NCBI GenBank assembly: GCA_963834935.1
Contig: CAWIDS010000001.1
Location: 301,500-365,499, forward strand
Origin: Candidatus Nomurabacteria bacterium
GTDB taxonomy: Bacteria > Patescibacteriota > Minisyncoccia > Phycocordibacterales > CALRBL01
Reading direction: 5' to 3'
DNA length: 64,000 nucleotides
The notes under the pieces are model-generated. The model was given only the letters and a program-made list of their open reading frames with translations, was not told the DNA's origin and did not search any database. Positions 1 through 9,563 of this stretch are shown here, in pieces. Both the position numbers and the translations under genes were made by a program. Every line of letters starts with the position of its first letter. Position 1 is the stretch's first letter.

Positions 1-1
1 G

Positions 2-112
2 CGCACCAAGCTCAAATGCAGGAAGAAAGGATGCGGCGGCACTATTATCCGCAAGGTGATCGGCGGCAGGAGCGCCCACTTCTGCAATGCCCACCAGATC
101 CTTTTCAAGTAG
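2..112 (+). CDS. mutM: 3' end of Fpg/MutM DNA glycosylase (partial, runs off window)
   Basis: Frame 2 reads RTKLKCRKKGCGGTIIRKVIGGRSAHFCNAHQILFK*, the Fpg C-terminal zinc finger (GR-S-x-FC), with His as the last ligand. Confidence 0.8.
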   Translation, partial: RTKLKCRKKGCGGTIIRKVIGGRSAHFCNAHQILFK

Positions 113-125
113 AGCGAGATCGCGC

Positions 126-611
126 CTAAGCGATGCCAAAAAGCGCCACCGCTCCGGCTACTGACACATTGAGTGATTCCTTCTTTCCTTTCATCGATAT
201 CTCAATTATCACGTCGCACTGTTTGAGGATTTTCTTCGGCACACCATCGACTTCGTTTCCAAGAATGAGCGCTACTTTATCTTTCCTTCTGTATTTCTTG
301 TAATCAACGGCTTGCTGATCCAATTCCAGTGCCACGATCTGGTACTTTTCCTTCTTCAGTTTTTTGAGAAGCGGCGTGATATCAGCGACATATTCATATA
401 GCATCGTCTTTTCCGCTCCGAGGGAAATCTTTGCGAAATCAGCACGGATTCGCTTGAACCGATCCACCGGCGGCGGAGTCGTACCCACCAGATATATCTT
501 CGAAACTCCCGCGCAGTCGGCAGTACGGAAAAGCGATGCCGTATTCTGCACGCTTCTTATATCAAGCAGGATAAGCTCCATTGTGGATTCAAGTTTTACT
601 TTTTTGGCCAT
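126..611 (-). CDS. TrmH/SpoU-family RNA 2'-O-methyltransferase
   Basis: SPOUT motifs N(T)ASLFRTAD, ILGNEVDG, ISMKGKKESLNVSVA; alternative start at 581. Confidence 0.9.
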   Translation of the reverse strand: MAKKVKLESTMELILLDIRSVQNTASLFRTADCAGVSKIYLVGTTPPPVDRFKRIRADFAKISLGAEKTMLYEYVADITPLLKKLKKEKYQIVALELDQQAVDYKKYRRKDKVALILGNEVDGVPKKILKQCDVIIEISMKGKKESLNVSVAGAVALFGIA

Positions 612-628
612 TCAGGTATACTAGCACT

Positions 629-1045
629 ATGTTTCATGTTGTCACCCCATTCCCTATATTACTTGATTATTCGCTCTACGCACCAGTATTGCTCCGCCTT
701 ACGCTCGGCTTCTTCATCCTTGCTATCGGCTTTTCCTCAAGGCAGAAGCCAAAGGCTGATGTTGTAGTAGTAGTCGACACAGAAACCACCAGCAATCAAG
801 AGTTCGGCTTCGGCGAAATCGCCTACCGCCTGCTCTTCGTCCTTGCCGGATTCTCGCTCATCGTCGGCTTCTATACGCAGATCAGCTCGATTGTCGTCGC
901 AATCCTTCTCCTCATCTCGATCCTCGACAAGAAAGCCCGTCTCACTGATGAAATCGGAAAAGTGGAGCTTGTCCTTCTTTTGGTGATCGCCATTTCTCTC
1001 ATTGTCCTTGGCGCCGGCCTTTATGCCATCGACCTTCCTTTGTAG
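629..1045 (+). CDS. DoxX-like membrane protein
   Basis: LLRLTLGFF, LIVGFYTQ and C-terminal GAGLYAID; four hydrophobic segments; ATG 629 lies 6 nt after TATACT. Confidence 0.65.
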   Translation: MFHVVTPFPILLDYSLYAPVLLRLTLGFFILAIGFSSRQKPKADVVVVVDTETTSNQEFGFGEIAYRLLFVLAGFSLIVGFYTQISSIVVAILLLISILDKKARLTDEIGKVELVLLLVIAISLIVLGAGLYAIDLPL

Positions 1046-1083
1046 TCGATAATTGAAAAATCAAAAAGGTGTGGTACTATCGT

Positions 1084-1108
1084 AAACACTCCTTCATGGA
1101 GTGTTTTT
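1084..1108 (+). terminator. Intrinsic terminator after DoxX-like gene
   Basis: AAACACTCC-TTCAT-GGAGTGTTT followed by TT. Confidence 0.5.
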
Positions 1109-1182
1109 AAATGTCTCACCGGAGAAATATCCTCTCGCAGCTGTTTTGGCAGATATACAGCTTGATGGGTAAAATCAAATAT

Positions 1183-1255
1183 CCTCTCGTAGCTCAGTCG
1201 GTAGAGCAGCTCCCTTTTAAGGAGATGGTCGCAGGTTCGATTCCTGCCGAGAGGA
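1183..1255 (+). tRNA. tRNA-Lys(UUU)
   Basis: CCTCTCG/CGAGAGG acceptor stem, AGCTCAGTCGGTAGAGC D-arm, loop CTTTTAA, GCAGGTTCGATTCCTGC T-arm; CCA not encoded. Confidence 0.95.
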
Positions 1256-1422
1256 CAAAAATAGCGCAGCTAGTTTTGTCCCAAGAGAAAGCGCAAGTGT
1301 GCTTTCGTGCAGGAATCGAAGCCGGATTGAGCAGATTTTATGATTCGAGCTTGGCGAGAAGAAATAAAATATCCAATCGGGGTACTGTTCGTGTAACGAA
1401 AGATATCCTGCCGAGAGGACAA
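1236..1422. repeat. tRNA-Lys 3' antisense copy plus 17-bp direct repeat
   Basis: TCCTGCCGAGAGGACAA at 1242-1258 and 1406-1422; GCAGGAATCGAA (1309-1320) is the reverse complement of 1236-1247; TTTTGTCC (1274-1281) is the reverse complement of 1253-1260. Confidence 0.85.
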
Positions 1423-1444
1423 CTAAAAAATTAAGAGACTGTCA

Positions 1445-1837
1445 GTGGGGAAAATGAATTTATATTACTGGAGTGTGTTTTTTTCTTTTGTTATCTCCTT
1501 TGGATTATTAGGTTTAATAACGACAACAGCTCTTTCAAAGCCCACTGATGGGTATTATATTTCCAGTATAATGTTATTCTCTTTTTTTGTAGGATTACCT
1601 TTATTGTTCGTATCTGGCGTATGTAGAGCCAAATCAAAAATGAAGCCGGCGTTAGTTTGGGATTATTTGAGCATTATAGTGGTACTAATGGTCTTTTCCA
1701 TCTTCATTAGCTTCTTCGAACTTCAAGTACCTCATGCTGTTAATTACAATACAATTATTCTCTTCATTATTCCGATATTAGTAGGAATATTTCAGTATGG
1801 ATATTTTGAAAAGAAATATATTAAATTAAATTTTTAA
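1445..1837 (+). CDS. Hypothetical AT-rich 4-TM membrane protein
   Basis: 130-aa ORF with four hydrophobic stretches, visibly more AT-rich than its flanks. Confidence 0.6.
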   Translation: MGKMNLYYWSVFFSFVISFGLLGLITTTALSKPTDGYYISSIMLFSFFVGLPLLFVSGVCRAKSKMKPALVWDYLSIIVVLMVFSIFISFFELQVPHAVNYNTIILFIIPILVGIFQYGYFEKKYIKLNF

Positions 1838-1910
1838 TAATCAATTATTTTGATGTTTCCTTATAGATTCGTTTCTAACCTCCTTCATCAAGGGGGAAAC
1901 TTAGGTTAGA

Positions 1911-4250
1911 TCAGACCCTTATCAATCTCTGATGTTTCATCAATTCGCTTATCTGCATCCAGAAGAATGACCATACCCACACAATAATGATGAGTGAAAG
2001 TGATATTGGAGTTGTAAGAAAGCCAGTTAAGGCAAAAAGCGTAGCAAGAAGCTGGGTTGCTAGCGTCGCAACAATGACCTGCTTGCTTGGAAGATACTTA
2101 AACCAGTTTTCCTTGGTATGAGCCACATACACAAGCATATGACCTGACACTGTAAGCTTCAGGAAGAAGACGGTCTGAATAATCGTCCATGGCAAATGCA
2201 GATAATTAGTCATTATAAAAAGAAGTATCAGGCTGTTTGCCACCCCTGTAAGACCGAAAAGGGTGCTTAGGGTGAATCGTTTCTTTGCATCGACATGCGC
2301 CGGCTTTTCGGTCAGTTTTACCCGATCAAAAGCAAGAGAGACAATCGGAATATCATTAAGAAATGCGAGCACTATAAGCTGCACAGGGGTAAGAGGATAT
2401 GTTTTATATATCAAGCCTATGACCGCGATGGTAATAATCACCCTGAAGCTTTCCGAAATCCGATAAAGCGAATAATTATAAAGGCGGGTAAAGATCTTTC
2501 GCGCTTCTATGATGGCGTCTTTTATGACTGAAATCCCGCTTTTTAAAAGGATAATGTCAGCGCCGCCTTTAAGCGCATCAACCGCATTGCTGACAGCGAA
2601 TCCTACATCGGCATTTTTCACTGCAGGCAAATCGTTCACTCCGTCCCCTGTCATAGCAACAACATGATTATTCCGTGCGAGCGTGACTATCTCATATTTG
2701 TCCTTAGGAAGCACCTCAGCAAAACCACCTATCGAATCAAATTGCTTTTCCAAAAGCGCTTTATCTTCATCTAATATGCTCCTTTGATAAATCTCCCCTT
2801 TTATCCCAAGCTCTCGGGCAATTCTTCTGCTTATTTCAAGACTATCTCCCGTAATCATTTTGACTTCGATGCTGTTTTGACCCATGAAATCAATTGTTGA
2901 TTTTGCATCAGCATGGAGGCTGTCCGCAAGAAGGATAATGCCGATCAATTGCATATCTCTTTCTTCCATGCCTTCCTTGTTGACTGCGACAGCTAATGCC
3001 CGGTAACCATCATCTGCCCCCATTCTGACTGTCCTATCAAATGATTCTTTGTCTGCCACATTCAATGCGCACAGCGAGGAAATGATCTGAGGGGCTCCCA
3101 GAGATATGACAGACCTTTTACCATCGATTTCAACGATTGCCGTACTGCGCTTTCTTTCAGAATCTCCAGGAGTATAGTCAACCTGCTCATATGGAACTAG
3201 TGAAAGTTGTTTTGCCTTTTTATAAATAGCTGAATCTATGAGATCTTCAGGAGACCTCGAAATAGCGCTTGAGGCAAGCGCTATTACTTCACTTTCTGTG
3301 AAATGTCCGGATGTAATGACGCGTTCTATCTTGATGATATTTTGAGTGAGGGTGCCCGTCTTGTCTGAAAGAAGCAAATCGACATTAGCCAGATCCTCCA
3401 ACGAAGCCAGCCTCCTTACCACCACCTGTTTTTTTGAGAGACTCAACACTCCGATGCTTATGATAAGGCTCATCACTGTGGGTAATGCGACAGGTATTCC
3501 GGCAATCAAAAGACTGAGATCAAGAGTGACCACGCTAATGACAGGAGAATGTGTCATGACGAGCGTAATGGTCAATACGATGACAACAATAATGCTTATT
3601 ATCGATATGAATCGAGAAACGGAAAGAATATCCTTCTCAAGGGAACTTTGGCGAAGCTTGGTATCCACCGAAGCGATAGTCTTCCCAAAAAATGTCTTCT
3701 CGCCAGTTGCTGTCACTTTTCCAATACCCTTACCAGTCGTTATGTACGATCCGGAATATGATATATCATTTATATTTTTTTCTTTTGGTAATGACTCCCC
3801 TGTAAGAACTGATTCATTTATAGAAAGGTTTTTTGATTCAATAATAAGGATGTCCGCCGGTATCAGCATGCCAATCTTCAAATCGATAATGTCCTCTTCA
3901 ACAAGATCGACTGAATTTATATAAACCCATTCATTGTCTCTAAGAGTCTTCACTTTGATCTGAAGATTTTTCTGAAGCTCTTTGATTGATTTGTCGGCTT
4001 TTCTCTCATGCCACATGCTGATAGCGAAATTTGAAAAGAAAAGAAAAAGTATTATCCAGAAATCAACATCATTGCCTGCATACAATGAGAGAAAAGCAGC
4101 CGCAAGAAGCATGAGCGAAACGGGTGAAAAAAATCCTTTGAAAAACAAAATGAGATAGTTTTTCTTTTTTTCAGGAAGACTGTTAGGACCGTTCTGTTTA
4201 AGTAATATATTAGCCTGCTCTGTGGTTAAGCCTCTATTTATTTCTGCCAT
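1911..4250 (-). CDS. P-type ATPase, plasma-membrane H+-efflux (P3A-like)
   Basis: GLT..A..LLKQNGPN N-terminus, TGES, GIPVALP, DKTGTLT, MTGDGVND, LNDIPIVSLAFD (M6 Asp typical of P3A). Confidence 0.85.
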   Translation of the reverse strand: MAEINRGLTTEQANILLKQNGPNSLPEKKKNYLILFFKGFFSPVSLMLLAAAFLSLYAGNDVDFWIILFLFFSNFAISMWHERKADKSIKELQKNLQIKVKTLRDNEWVYINSVDLVEEDIIDLKIGMLIPADILIIESKNLSINESVLTGESLPKEKNINDISYSGSYITTGKGIGKVTATGEKTFFGKTIASVDTKLRQSSLEKDILSVSRFISIISIIVVIVLTITLVMTHSPVISVVTLDLSLLIAGIPVALPTVMSLIISIGVLSLSKKQVVVRRLASLEDLANVDLLLSDKTGTLTQNIIKIERVITSGHFTESEVIALASSAISRSPEDLIDSAIYKKAKQLSLVPYEQVDYTPGDSERKRSTAIVEIDGKRSVISLGAPQIISSLCALNVADKESFDRTVRMGADDGYRALAVAVNKEGMEERDMQLIGIILLADSLHADAKSTIDFMGQNSIEVKMITGDSLEISRRIARELGIKGEIYQRSILDEDKALLEKQFDSIGGFAEVLPKDKYEIVTLARNNHVVAMTGDGVNDLPAVKNADVGFAVSNAVDALKGGADIILLKSGISVIKDAIIEARKIFTRLYNYSLYRISESFRVIITIAVIGLIYKTYPLTPVQLIVLAFLNDIPIVSLAFDRVKLTEKPAHVDAKKRFTLSTLFGLTGVANSLILLFIMTNYLHLPWTIIQTVFFLKLTVSGHMLVYVAHTKENWFKYLPSKQVIVATLATQLLATLFALTGFLTTPISLSLIIIVWVWSFFWMQISELMKHQRLIRV

Positions 4251-4436
4251 GCCTTTAATTGTATATTATTTGCAAAAAAATTAGCAGCGAAAGGACGACT
4301 CTTTTTTATCCCCTTTCTGTCGCGGGAGTCGCAATAGATTGATTGAAAAAGGAATGACGGGCTTTGTTTTGTTTGCTGAACGGCCAGACTGTTCTTTGGA
4401 ATATGCAAATAGCCTGATAGAGGTTAAAATAGCGGA

Positions 4437-5609
4437 ATGAAAAAAAAGCTGTCGATCTCGCTTCTTTCACTACTGGCATTCCTTTCCTTCTCGGGAAGCG
4501 CTTTTGCGCAGCAAGATGCCGTGGCGACGCCAGACAAAGTGACCACTGTAAAAGCTCAAGTGCTTGATATTCTCAGCCAAGATACGGAAGTGCTGCCAGG
4601 AACAGATTCCGAACACAGCGAGCAATCGCTCGATGTCAAAATACTGGAAGGCGAGGAAAAAGGAAAAGAATTGACAGTGGAAAATGACTCCTTGAACCTA
4701 AAGATCGGAGAAGTATTTTATTTGAAACACACTATATCTTCCCTCGACGGCTCTGATTCGTATTCCGTCGGAGAACCATACCGACTACCCCAGATCCTTC
4801 TCCTTGTCGGGCTTTTCATATTAGTGGTGCTTGTCTTCGGCGGAATTCAAGGCATCAGAGGAATCGTCAGCCTCGTCGGCAGCTTCCTGCTCATCCTTTA
4901 TGTCCTCTTGCCAGGAATACTTCATGGCTATTCTCCCCTGCTTATGACCATCAGCGTCTCATCCCTTATCATCATCGTCGGGTCCTACATCACCCACGGC
5001 TTCAACAAGACCACTTCAGCCGCAGTCCTCGGAATGATCCTTACTGTTTCTCTGACGGGATTTCTTGCTTATTGGTCGGTGGGCTTTGCGAGTCTTAGCG
5101 GCTTCAATACCGAAGAAGTAGCATATCTGAACCTGAACACTCCCGGAGGCATCGACGTAGTCGGCCTTCTGCTCGGAGGAATAATGATCGGCCTTCTCGG
5201 AGTGCTGTATGACATTGCGATCGGCCAGGCGATATCAGTCGAGGAGCTTATCCGCATCGCGCCGCATGTGCCGAAGAAAAGGATATACCAGCGAGCCATC
5301 AGGATCGGCCGCGAGCATATAGGCGCGTTAGTGAACACGCTTGCCATCGCCTATGTCGGCGCTTCGCTGCCGCTCCTGCTTCTTTTCAGCCAAGGATCGG
5401 GCGACAGCGTCTGGGTCACTCTCAATCGCGAGATATTCTCCACGGAAATTGTCCGTACCATAATCGGCAGCATCGGCCTCATACTGGCAGTGCCTATCAC
5501 CACCATCGTTTCGGTCGGGCTTCTTACAGGAAAAAGAAAAAGGCAGGCAGAGAAATCCTTGATCGAAGAGGAGGAACATTCCTTGGAACATGCCCCCCAC
5601 AAGCATTAG
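4437..5609 (+). CDS. YibE/F-family membrane protein
   Basis: Signal peptide; IGLLGVLYDIAIGQA, IGREHIGALVNTLAIAYVGASLP, EIVRTIIGSIGLILAVPITT. Confidence 0.9.
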   Translation: MKKKLSISLLSLLAFLSFSGSAFAQQDAVATPDKVTTVKAQVLDILSQDTEVLPGTDSEHSEQSLDVKILEGEEKGKELTVENDSLNLKIGEVFYLKHTISSLDGSDSYSVGEPYRLPQILLLVGLFILVVLVFGGIQGIRGIVSLVGSFLLILYVLLPGILHGYSPLLMTISVSSLIIIVGSYITHGFNKTTSAAVLGMILTVSLTGFLAYWSVGFASLSGFNTEEVAYLNLNTPGGIDVVGLLLGGIMIGLLGVLYDIAIGQAISVEELIRIAPHVPKKRIYQRAIRIGREHIGALVNTLAIAYVGASLPLLLLFSQGSGDSVWVTLNREIFSTEIVRTIIGSIGLILAVPITTIVSVGLLTGKRKRQAEKSLIEEEEHSLEHAPHKH

Positions 5610-5615
5610 GACGAT

Positions 5616-6461
5616 CTAGATATTTTCCTTCTCTTCTTTCATCGCATCGACATCGCCGCTTACTTCCTTGAAATGAGTGTCAAGCATCCCTGAAACGAGA
5701 ATGGCGGTGTCGTACATCCTGCTCATCGGCTCCTTTTTAGACATTGTTCCGTGCTGGAAAATATACAGACGGTGATCGGATAATTCAAAATTGATTCCGC
5801 GGCTTTTTTGAACAAAATCATTCATGACATCTGGAGTCAGTATTTCCAAGGCTTCCATTTCAAAATTCTTCTCGACTGAAACAGTGAAATATTTATTGAA
5901 ATCTCCTTCGAGCTTCAAGAAAGTTCCTTGTGGCAGGGTTGGATCGCCTCCTCCAATGCCACCGAACAGCCCTTCATGGGCCAGCATCAAGAAAGGAGGA
6001 AGGTCATAAGGATAGGTAATCTCAAAGACAGTATATGGAAAAGTCTGCTCGTTCTTTCCGTAACCGATTTTCGTTTGGAAATCATATATCCTTAGAGGAA
6101 AGCCTCCATGAGTCCCTTGCATTGCATTAGAAATGCTTTGGCTATGGCCGACCTTGAACAGATTAGCGCTGACCGAAGAAACAGCAGTGCTGCCGATATA
6201 TTGATAACCAAGCGCTGAGGCAATCTGCTCCATGAATTCAGCCCGCGCTTTATTTCCAACCAGACCCAGTCCTAGCAGCACAAAGACGAATCCTGCTATG
6301 GCAAATTGATAATTGTTGACATACCAAGCGAACCAGCAGCATCCAACAGCTATGAGGATGGCTAGTATCGCAAGGAACCAATGTTTCTCGATAATAAGCA
6401 ACTGGTCCTTGCCTACGCTATTGATATCTGCGGATTCCAAAGGATTTTGGCTTTGCTCCAT
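5616..6461 (-). CDS. Membrane-anchored hypothetical protein (DUF3137-like)
   Basis: Two N-terminal TMs; LKLEGDFNKYF and ALEILTPDVM motifs. Confidence 0.6.
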   Translation of the reverse strand: MEQSQNPLESADINSVGKDQLLIIEKHWFLAILAILIAVGCCWFAWYVNNYQFAIAGFVFVLLGLGLVGNKARAEFMEQIASALGYQYIGSTAVSSVSANLFKVGHSQSISNAMQGTHGGFPLRIYDFQTKIGYGKNEQTFPYTVFEITYPYDLPPFLMLAHEGLFGGIGGGDPTLPQGTFLKLEGDFNKYFTVSVEKNFEMEALEILTPDVMNDFVQKSRGINFELSDHRLYIFQHGTMSKKEPMSRMYDTAILVSGMLDTHFKEVSGDVDAMKEEKENI

Positions 6462-6486
6462 GGTTTTATTTTATGCTATTAATTCA

Positions 6487-7203
6487 TCATATCTCCAACA
6501 CCCATCTTTCCATCTCATTCCAAAAGTCGATGATTCCCCGATGCGCATCATGGTACATCGAAGCCAGCCGGAAAAGCATTCCTTTGATCTCACTCTCGGA
6601 GTAGCTCTTCAAAGCAGACTTCGTCTTGGTGAAGACGAAAGGAGAGATGCCTGCCTCGGCGGCATCTCTCGCTTGAGCCACCAGCGCCATGCTTTTGACC
6701 TGCCACCACAGCATTCCGTGGACTTCCTCTGCGACTGAGCCCCTGCCCTTTGCCTCGATCAAAAGCATCCAAAGCCTTTTCTTGTCGCGCGCTACGAATG
6801 CATCCGAAAGGGCGAATGGATTGTATTCGCTCTTTTTCTTTTCTTTCAGCTGTTCTATAAGTTGGACTTTCTGCGCGTGCTTCTCCACCACATCGAGAGT
6901 CTTCTTGTCGAGTTCCTTTTCTAGGAATATGAAGACGTTTTCCGAGCCTGCGATGTCTTTGAGGTTCCTGATGACCTCTTCCTTTATTTCCTTGGCCTCG
7001 AATAGGTTATCGAAAAAGACTACGTATTTCGATTCGAAAAGTCCTTGGCCTGCTACGAGATCGGCAAGTGAATGTTCGGCGTAGTCGAGCGAGCTGATGC
7101 GGAAAAAGACCGCGTCCGGCCTTTTCTTCTGAAGGCTTTCGGTTAGTTCGCGCGCTTTCAGCCTCGCCTTCTCGTATTCGTTTCCGTAAATGAAATAGAT
7201 CAT
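6487..7203 (-). CDS. holA: DNA polymerase III delta subunit (short form)
   Basis: MIYFIYG start, GLFESK, FALSDAF, EEVHGMLWWQ; directly downstream of polA. Confidence 0.75.
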   Translation of the reverse strand: MIYFIYGNEYEKARLKARELTESLQKKRPDAVFFRISSLDYAEHSLADLVAGQGLFESKYVVFFDNLFEAKEIKEEVIRNLKDIAGSENVFIFLEKELDKKTLDVVEKHAQKVQLIEQLKEKKKSEYNPFALSDAFVARDKKRLWMLLIEAKGRGSVAEEVHGMLWWQVKSMALVAQARDAAEAGISPFVFTKTKSALKSYSESEIKGMLFRLASMYHDAHRGIIDFWNEMERWVLEI

Positions 7204-7204
7204 C

Positions 7205-9562
7205 TTAGTTAAGGGCTTCGAGCTCTGCCCAGTTATTTCCCATGTGTGCATTCGCTATAATCAGCACGCCTTCGGACTGCTCTTTGGTGAACACCGACTC
7301 CATTATTTTCTTGATCTCTTTTGAAATTTCGCCTACTTCGCTTTCTTTAATCTCATACACCAATTCATCATGCACCTGGAGCAAGAGATGCGCTACGCCG
7401 TCCTTTTTTTCCTTCCTGAGATATTCGTCGATGCGCGACATTGATATCTTGATAATGTCGGCTTGGGTTCCTTGGATTGGCGCGTTGATGGCCATGCGCT
7501 CGGCGCTAGCGCGAAGGAATGGTAGATGCGAATTGATGTCGGGAAAATAGCGGCGCCTTCCGAACATGGTGGTGGTGAATCCTTTCTGTCTGACTTCCTC
7601 TTTCACCTTTTCCAGATAGGAAGTGAGAGTAGTGAAAGTGGCGAAGTAATTCTGATAGAATTCTTTGGCTTCTGCCGTCGTTCCGCCGATATTAGCTCTG
7701 AGGGCATTCACCCCCATGCCATACAAGATTCCGAAATTAATGGTCTTAGCTTTTTTCCTCATCTCGATAGTTACCTCATCAGCTGGCACTTTGAAGACTT
7801 GTGCGGCTACCGCGGCATGGACATCCTGCCCTTCCTTGAAGATAGAGATGAATTTCTCATCCTTCGAAAGCAGGGCGGCGATGCGAAGATCGATCTGGGA
7901 ATAATCCACCGACACAAGCTTGTAGCCTTTATCGGCCACGAATGCATTGCGAATGGCGCGACCGAGCTCTGTCTTGATCGGGATATTCTGCAGGTTTGGA
8001 TTCTCGGAAGACATTCGGCCGGTCGTGCTTCCTGTGAGCAAAAAATGGCTATGTAAGCGCTGGTCCTTGTCCACGAGCTGCGGGATGGTGTCTATGTATG
8101 TGGAAAGTAGTTTCTGGAGCTCGCGATGCTGAAGGATGTGATTGATGATCGGATGAAGGTCGCGAAGCTTCAAGAGCTCCGATTCCTTGGTCGAGCGGGC
8201 GCCGCCTGCAGTCTTCTTCATGCCCTTGCCTTCGAGCTTCAGTTTGTCGAAAAGGATCTCGCCGAGCTGTTTGGGAGAATTGATGTTGAATTCCTCACCT
8301 GCCGCGTCAAAAATCTCTTTCTCGATGCTGGAAAGCGTTTTATGGTATTTTTCGGAAAGCTTTTTCAAATAAGCCACATCTATCCTTATTCCTCGCTCTT
8401 CCATCTTCTGAACCACCGGGATAAGAGGCAGCTCGATTTTCTCGTACACATATGACAGATCATTTTTCTTGATTAGTTCATATGCTTTCTTCTCGGCTTT
8501 GTCGAAATCATCCTCATTAGTGATCCTAAAAAGATCGTCTTCGGTCGGCTTAGGAATATTCGAGTCCAGCACGTAAAGTGCGAGTGCGAGTCTGACATCA
8601 AGCGGCTTTGCTTCAGCTGCCGCTTCTTCATTTTCCTGTTCTCCGCCTTTCTGCTCAAGCGATAGAGCCTCGCGAAGCTTCGGACCAAGCGTCCTGAATT
8701 CATATTTTTTGAAAAGAGCCTCGGCTTTGTCAACATCGATACTTTCCTTTATGTTTTTCTCGGGCAATTCGAACTTGATCGGCGCATCCTTGCGGATAGT
8801 GGCAAGCATCTTGCTGAATAACGCCTCTTCTTTGCCTTCTTTCAACAAGCCGATGATGCGCGGCGAAATTCCCGCTTTCTCGAATTTCTTGTCGCTTTTT
8901 TCAAGCTCTTTATACATTTCTTCGAGCGTGCCGAATGAAGTGATCAACGTCGTCGCTGTCTTTTCTCCGATGCCGGCAATGCCGATAATGTTATCCGACG
9001 GATCGCCGCGAAGGCCTTTGTAATCCGGGATTAGCTTCGGTAGGAAACCAAAACGCTCAAGGACCGCCTTCTCGTCGTACATTATGGTGTCCTTTATACC
9101 CTTCTTCAGCGTGTATACCTGCACTTTCTTTCCTTCAATGAGCTGAAGTGTGTCCATGTCGCCTGAAGCGATAATTATATCCGTTCCCTTATCGTCCTTC
9201 AGTTGCTCAGCGATCGTGCCGAGCATGTCATCCGCCTCGAAGCCTGCCTTGTCATACATGGGAATATTAAGTGCTTCGAAAATCTCACGAGAGGTATTAA
9301 GCTGCTTGATGAGCGCGTCATCTATTTTTTTTCTGGTGCCTTTGTAGTCGCTATATACTTCATGCCGATGAGTCTTGCCCTTGAGATCATAACAAGCGAC
9401 GATGTAATCAGGCGAGAATTCCGAAATTATTTTCAAGATCATGATCGAAAGCCCGTATAATGCTCCGGTCGGCTCGCCTGAAGAAGTAGAAAAATCAGGC
9501 AACGCATGATACGCGCGATGAATGAGTGCGTGACTGTCGAGTAGAACTAATGTCTTTTGCAT
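7205..9562 (-). CDS. polA: DNA polymerase I (5'-3' exonuclease plus polymerase; 3'-5' domain largely absent)
   Basis: LLDSHALIHRAYHA, FEADD, GDPSDNI, TGRMSSENPNLQNIP, DYSQIDLR, KTINFGILYG, QVHDEL. Confidence 0.95.
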   Translation of the reverse strand: MQKTLVLLDSHALIHRAYHALPDFSTSSGEPTGALYGLSIMILKIISEFSPDYIVACYDLKGKTHRHEVYSDYKGTRKKIDDALIKQLNTSREIFEALNIPMYDKAGFEADDMLGTIAEQLKDDKGTDIIIASGDMDTLQLIEGKKVQVYTLKKGIKDTIMYDEKAVLERFGFLPKLIPDYKGLRGDPSDNIIGIAGIGEKTATTLITSFGTLEEMYKELEKSDKKFEKAGISPRIIGLLKEGKEEALFSKMLATIRKDAPIKFELPEKNIKESIDVDKAEALFKKYEFRTLGPKLREALSLEQKGGEQENEEAAAEAKPLDVRLALALYVLDSNIPKPTEDDLFRITNEDDFDKAEKKAYELIKKNDLSYVYEKIELPLIPVVQKMEERGIRIDVAYLKKLSEKYHKTLSSIEKEIFDAAGEEFNINSPKQLGEILFDKLKLEGKGMKKTAGGARSTKESELLKLRDLHPIINHILQHRELQKLLSTYIDTIPQLVDKDQRLHSHFLLTGSTTGRMSSENPNLQNIPIKTELGRAIRNAFVADKGYKLVSVDYSQIDLRIAALLSKDEKFISIFKEGQDVHAAVAAQVFKVPADEVTIEMRKKAKTINFGILYGMGVNALRANIGGTTAEAKEFYQNYFATFTTLTSYLEKVKEEVRQKGFTTTMFGRRRYFPDINSHLPFLRASAERMAINAPIQGTQADIIKISMSRIDEYLRKEKKDGVAHLLLQVHDELVYEIKESEVGEISKEIKKIMESVFTKEQSEGVLIIANAHMGNNWAELEALN

Positions 9563-9563
9563 A

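Noticed and set aside
1111-1434. 107-aa ORF spanning tRNA-Lys
   Set aside because: It is a translation of the tRNA and its structured trailer; the same applies to ORFs over the tRNAs at 39910-40409 and 42644-42895
4280-4385. CGACTC/GAGTCG stem between the H+-ATPase and YibE/F genes as a riboswitch
   Set aside because: No recognisable aptamer, and both flanking genes appear leaderless, so the stem would not lie in a 5' UTR
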